Assembly (NCBI GenBank): GCA_027334565.1
Contig: DAHWUP010000002.1
Coordinates: 13,203-77,202, forward strand
DNA: 64,000 nucleotides
From: Candidatus Levyibacteriota bacterium
GTDB taxonomy: Bacteria > Patescibacteriota > Microgenomatia > Levybacterales > UBA12049
Reading direction: 5' to 3'
Shown one piece after another: positions 61,087 through 64,000 of this stretch (positions are counted from its first letter, which is position 1; the number at the start of each line of letters is the position of its first letter). Position numbers and translations under genes: made by a program. The notes beneath the pieces are model-generated. The model saw nothing but the letters and a program-made list of their open reading frames with translations, did no database searches and was not told the DNA's origin.

Positions 61087-61772
61087 TTTTTCGTGAGGTA
61101 TTTATTGATTAGCTCTTGGTTAATAATTAAAATCAAAGACACAAAAAAAGTCACCAATATAAAAATATTTTCCGGCATCATAAACGAAAAGTCTTTTACG
61201 TCCAAAAACAACTTTCCCGTAAAATAAATAAATGCCAGGATTAATACGAATATAAGCGCCAGAGTGCCGTCTCGTATTTCCCCCTTAGAAGCAAAAGGAA
61301 ATAACAGCTTAGTAAAAACAAATAATAAGACTATCGCTGAAACAAAAATGACATTCTCCAAAGCGGATTCCCTACCCAAGAGCAAAAAAATATGAAACAT
61401 ATATGCAATCGGAAAAACCCCGATAAATGCCATCGTAAATAGATCGGTCAATCTTCCAACAGGCATTTTCTTAAATAAAGCATACATATAAACAAAAACT
61501 TCTCCACTCACTACCCCGCCGATTAAAGAAAGGCCGGGATAATACGGGATCGCAAGAAAAACCAGGGGATTCAGATAAATCTGTTTAAAATTAAAAATTA
61601 CAAAAAAGAACCTGGCAAATATCAGAGTCACTATGCCTGAAATAATCGCCATAGTAAAAATCTTATCCAATGCGATGTCTTTTCTGATAATAACAAAATC
61701 GTCCCGTGCAAGGTAATATAAGAAGAACAGGAACAGGAAAAATGCGACTAACAATATAAATGTATTTATCAT
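61083..61772 (-). CDS. Lgt-like membrane protein
   Basis: ARFFFV, PGLSLIGG, D..T pattern resembling the Lgt N-terminal half; the Lgt GR signature looks degenerate. Confidence 0.55.
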   Translation of the reverse strand: MINTFILLVAFFLFLFFLYYLARDDFVIIRKDIALDKIFTMAIISGIVTLIFARFFFVIFNFKQIYLNPLVFLAIPYYPGLSLIGGVVSGEVFVYMYALFKKMPVGRLTDLFTMAFIGVFPIAYMFHIFLLLGRESALENVIFVSAIVLLFVFTKLLFPFASKGEIRDGTLALIFVLILAFIYFTGKLFLDVKDFSFMMPENIFILVTFFVSLILIINQELINKYLTKK

Positions 61773-61773
61773 A

Positions 61774-63042
61774 TTAATCTTTTAAAAATGTTCTGATCAT
61801 CGCTATAGCTAAGACGACCAAGCCGATCACGGATACGATAGTGCCAACTCCGAATATATCGGCCAGACCCCCCACCAATATAACCGGAATTATCGAAGTT
61901 ACACCGACGAAAGTATTTAGAATACCATATATTTTACCCCTACTTTCATCTCCTGCTTCTTCTTGCAAAATCGTATTGGCAGGAATAAATACAAAAGCTA
62001 CGGCAAAACCGATTATAAAAGCCAACAGTACCATTATATGCAAAATATTAATCCTTAACATGTGCGGCAGATAGAGATTTAACAGATGCGCAATCGACCT
62101 TGACTCCACTTTTGAACCATAAGGTAAAAGCAAAACAGCGATACCCAAGATATAGAGACCTACTTTGGTCAATAAACTTCTTGAGGTTTTCGGAAAAAAG
62201 CTACCAATGATAATTGCACCCAAAAAAATTCCCAAAATAGCAGGTGTAACAAAAAGTATCGGGAAACTTTCAACTCTTATCTTTAATACCTGCGTCGCAT
62301 ACCCCGGGCCGATGGCGGCAAACGCCAAAACAATGACCTGGATAAGTGTCAACGAAAAAAGCGCATGGTATAAATTCTTGGTCTTGGAGATCAGTTGAAA
62401 TACAATCTTTGCCTCCTGCTTAAAATCCAGTGCCGCGCCGTTAATGGCTTTTGGTTCAATTCGGGATTTGTCGGCTTTTATCAGGACGATAAACAAACCG
62501 GCAATTAGATAAACAATCGCTAACACCAAAAAGATATTCGATCTGCCGAATAAGTATATGAAAGGGCCGGACAAAGCATAAGCTAAAAATATCGAGACAT
62601 AAATTCCCATTCCAAATAACGCATTTGCGGACAAAAGCAAATCTTTTCTGACCAAAAGCGGAATTATCGGAGTTTCCGCCGGTATAAAGAACTGTGTGAC
62701 CACCGAAACACAAAATGTGAATAAATAAACCAACCAAAGATTGGTATTAAAAAATATCAGTGGTATGATAAATAACCCCCTTAGCACATTTGTTAATAGC
62801 AGAACGGATTTTTTATTCCACCTGTCGACCATTACCCCTGCCCAAACCCCGAAGAGGATACTCGGAATAGTAAACGCCATAACCACTCCGGCAACGGCAG
62901 TATTTGAACGCGATATCCCGAAAACGACGATCAAAAGCGCGAAGTTCAACAAGTTATTCGCAAACATTGCGAAAAATTCAGAAAGCACGAGGAATAAAAA
63001 AGGCCTAATACGCAAGGTTTTTAAAATCAGGTTTTCGTTCAT
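61774..63042 (-). CDS. MFS transporter
   Basis: GVMVDRWNKK motif A, about 12 TM segments, RGKIYG. Confidence 0.9.
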   Translation of the reverse strand: MNENLILKTLRIRPFLFLVLSEFFAMFANNLLNFALLIVVFGISRSNTAVAGVVMAFTIPSILFGVWAGVMVDRWNKKSVLLLTNVLRGLFIIPLIFFNTNLWLVYLFTFCVSVVTQFFIPAETPIIPLLVRKDLLLSANALFGMGIYVSIFLAYALSGPFIYLFGRSNIFLVLAIVYLIAGLFIVLIKADKSRIEPKAINGAALDFKQEAKIVFQLISKTKNLYHALFSLTLIQVIVLAFAAIGPGYATQVLKIRVESFPILFVTPAILGIFLGAIIIGSFFPKTSRSLLTKVGLYILGIAVLLLPYGSKVESRSIAHLLNLYLPHMLRINILHIMVLLAFIIGFAVAFVFIPANTILQEEAGDESRGKIYGILNTFVGVTSIIPVILVGGLADIFGVGTIVSVIGLVVLAIAMIRTFLKD

Positions 63043-63054
63043 ATTTTATCCACA

Positions 63055-63615
63055 TTACGAAGCTTTTTCAGTGTAGGCGCCGGTTCGCGTATCTACTCTA
63101 ACCCTTTCTCCTATTTTTATAAACAACGGTACTTTAATTGTCAATCCGTTCTCCAATGTCGCGTCTTTAAAAACGTTGGTTGCGGAATTACCCTTGACGC
63201 CCGGGGCAGTTTCGGTAACCTCGAACACCATTTTTGGAGGAAGGTTTATCGAAAGCGCTTCGTTTGCCAAAAAACTGATATTATAGTTTTCTCCTTCTTT
63301 AAGGTAATATACGTCATCGCCAATTGTCTTCAACGGAATTTCGATTTGATCAAAAGTCTGTGGATTCATAAAATAGGCATTGTCTCCGTCTTTATATAGA
63401 TATTGGAAATCCTTTTTTAAAACCCGGACGTCGTTGACCTTGGCCGTATTAATAAAACTTTTATCCGTAGTAGAACCTGTCCTAAGGTTTTTTACTTTAA
63501 CCTTAATATTGGCACTTCCCCTCCCCATTTTTATATGTTCGTAAGATAATACCTGTAAAAGATTTCCGTTTTCTTCAAATATGGTCCCTGCCCTTAATTC
63601 TTGAACTCCGATCAT
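63055..63615 (-). CDS. efp: elongation factor P
   Basis: HIKMGRGSA loop, QYLYKD, PGVKGNSA, VPLFIKIGE..RVDTRTG.Y. Confidence 0.95.
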   Translation of the reverse strand: MIGVQELRAGTIFEENGNLLQVLSYEHIKMGRGSANIKVKVKNLRTGSTTDKSFINTAKVNDVRVLKKDFQYLYKDGDNAYFMNPQTFDQIEIPLKTIGDDVYYLKEGENYNISFLANEALSINLPPKMVFEVTETAPGVKGNSATNVFKDATLENGLTIKVPLFIKIGERVRVDTRTGAYTEKAS

Positions 63616-64000
63616 ATTAACAAGTTGAGAACGGTTCTTACACCGTGCCCGGTACCTCCTTTCGGCGAAAGGTCGGTTGCTTTTGCTGAAAATGCCGGCC
63701 CGGCTATATCCAGATGCGCCCAGGGTAAGTCTTTCACGAATTCTTGTAAAAACAATGCGGCGGTAATGGCTCCACCGTACCTCGTGTTAGGAATATTAGC
63801 GATATCAGCTACTTCGCTTTTATTAAGCTCGCGATAATCCTTTTCAAGTGGAAGCTCCCATACTTTTTCCCCCGCGTCGAAGGCTGCGCGTTTTATTCTT
63901 TCGGCCAATTCCCTATTGTTTGAAAAAAGACCGGCAATATCGGTGCCCAAGGCAACCATACAGGCTCCGGTGAGAGTCGCGAAATCGATCACTTCGCTTG
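63612..64000 (-). CDS. pepA: leucyl aminopeptidase (M17), C-terminal fragment (runs off the window end)
   Basis: DFATLTGA, GGAITAALFLQEF, WAHLDIAG, GTGHGVR. Confidence 0.93.
   Translation of the reverse strand, partial: SEVIDFATLTGACMVALGTDIAGLFSNNRELAERIKRAAFDAGEKVWELPLEKDYRELNKSEVADIANIPNTRYGGAITAALFLQEFVKDLPWAHLDIAGPAFSAKATDLSPKGGTGHGVRTVLNLLI

Noticed and set aside
62292-62302. GCGTCGCATAC, similar to a dif half-site
   Set aside because: Isolated, inside the MFS coding sequence, no partner arm.

Overview
Chromosomal segment of a small-genome bacterium. Gene content and style (compact genes, short PheT and HolB-like proteins, monoderm-type type IV pilus locus with no secretin, many TM-anchored Pro/Thr-rich surface proteins) point to Patescibacteria/CPR, probably Microgenomates; this is inference. 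Layout: translation and housekeeping genes (infC end, rpmI, rplT, greA, pheST, class A PBP, tyrS, recG, rpmF, nusB, rnc, rpsP, khpA, trmD); a 13-gene type IV pilus locus (15.35-26.24 kb, minus); an ~11 kb array of short, mostly co-oriented accessory genes, most with their own -10 box 6-9 nt before the start codon (28-39 kb); gyrB, four inserted genes including hppA, gyrA, folD; envelope genes; a single Xer-type recombinase; a ~940 bp non-coding gap with a 28-bp dif-like site where gene orientation converges (probable replication terminus); then yebC, a RluA-family synthase, an MFS transporter, efp and the end of pepA. Best leads: (1) the dif-like site, whose arm recurs as two direct-repeat half-sites over the xer promoter, suggesting autoregulation; (2) a divergent MshC-like ligase / MshB-like deacetylase pair with an altered acceptor motif, a possible new low-molecular-weight thiol pathway; (3) apparently leaderless one-promoter-per-gene cassettes whose orphan products share an N-terminal E/ER signature; (4) small ORFs below the ORF-track cutoff, including one between rpmI and rplT and one with a strong Shine-Dalgarno; (5) a fully closed structured spacer between hppA and gyrA. 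No rRNA, tRNA, CRISPR array or transposase was recognised. All product calls come from motif recognition, not database searches.
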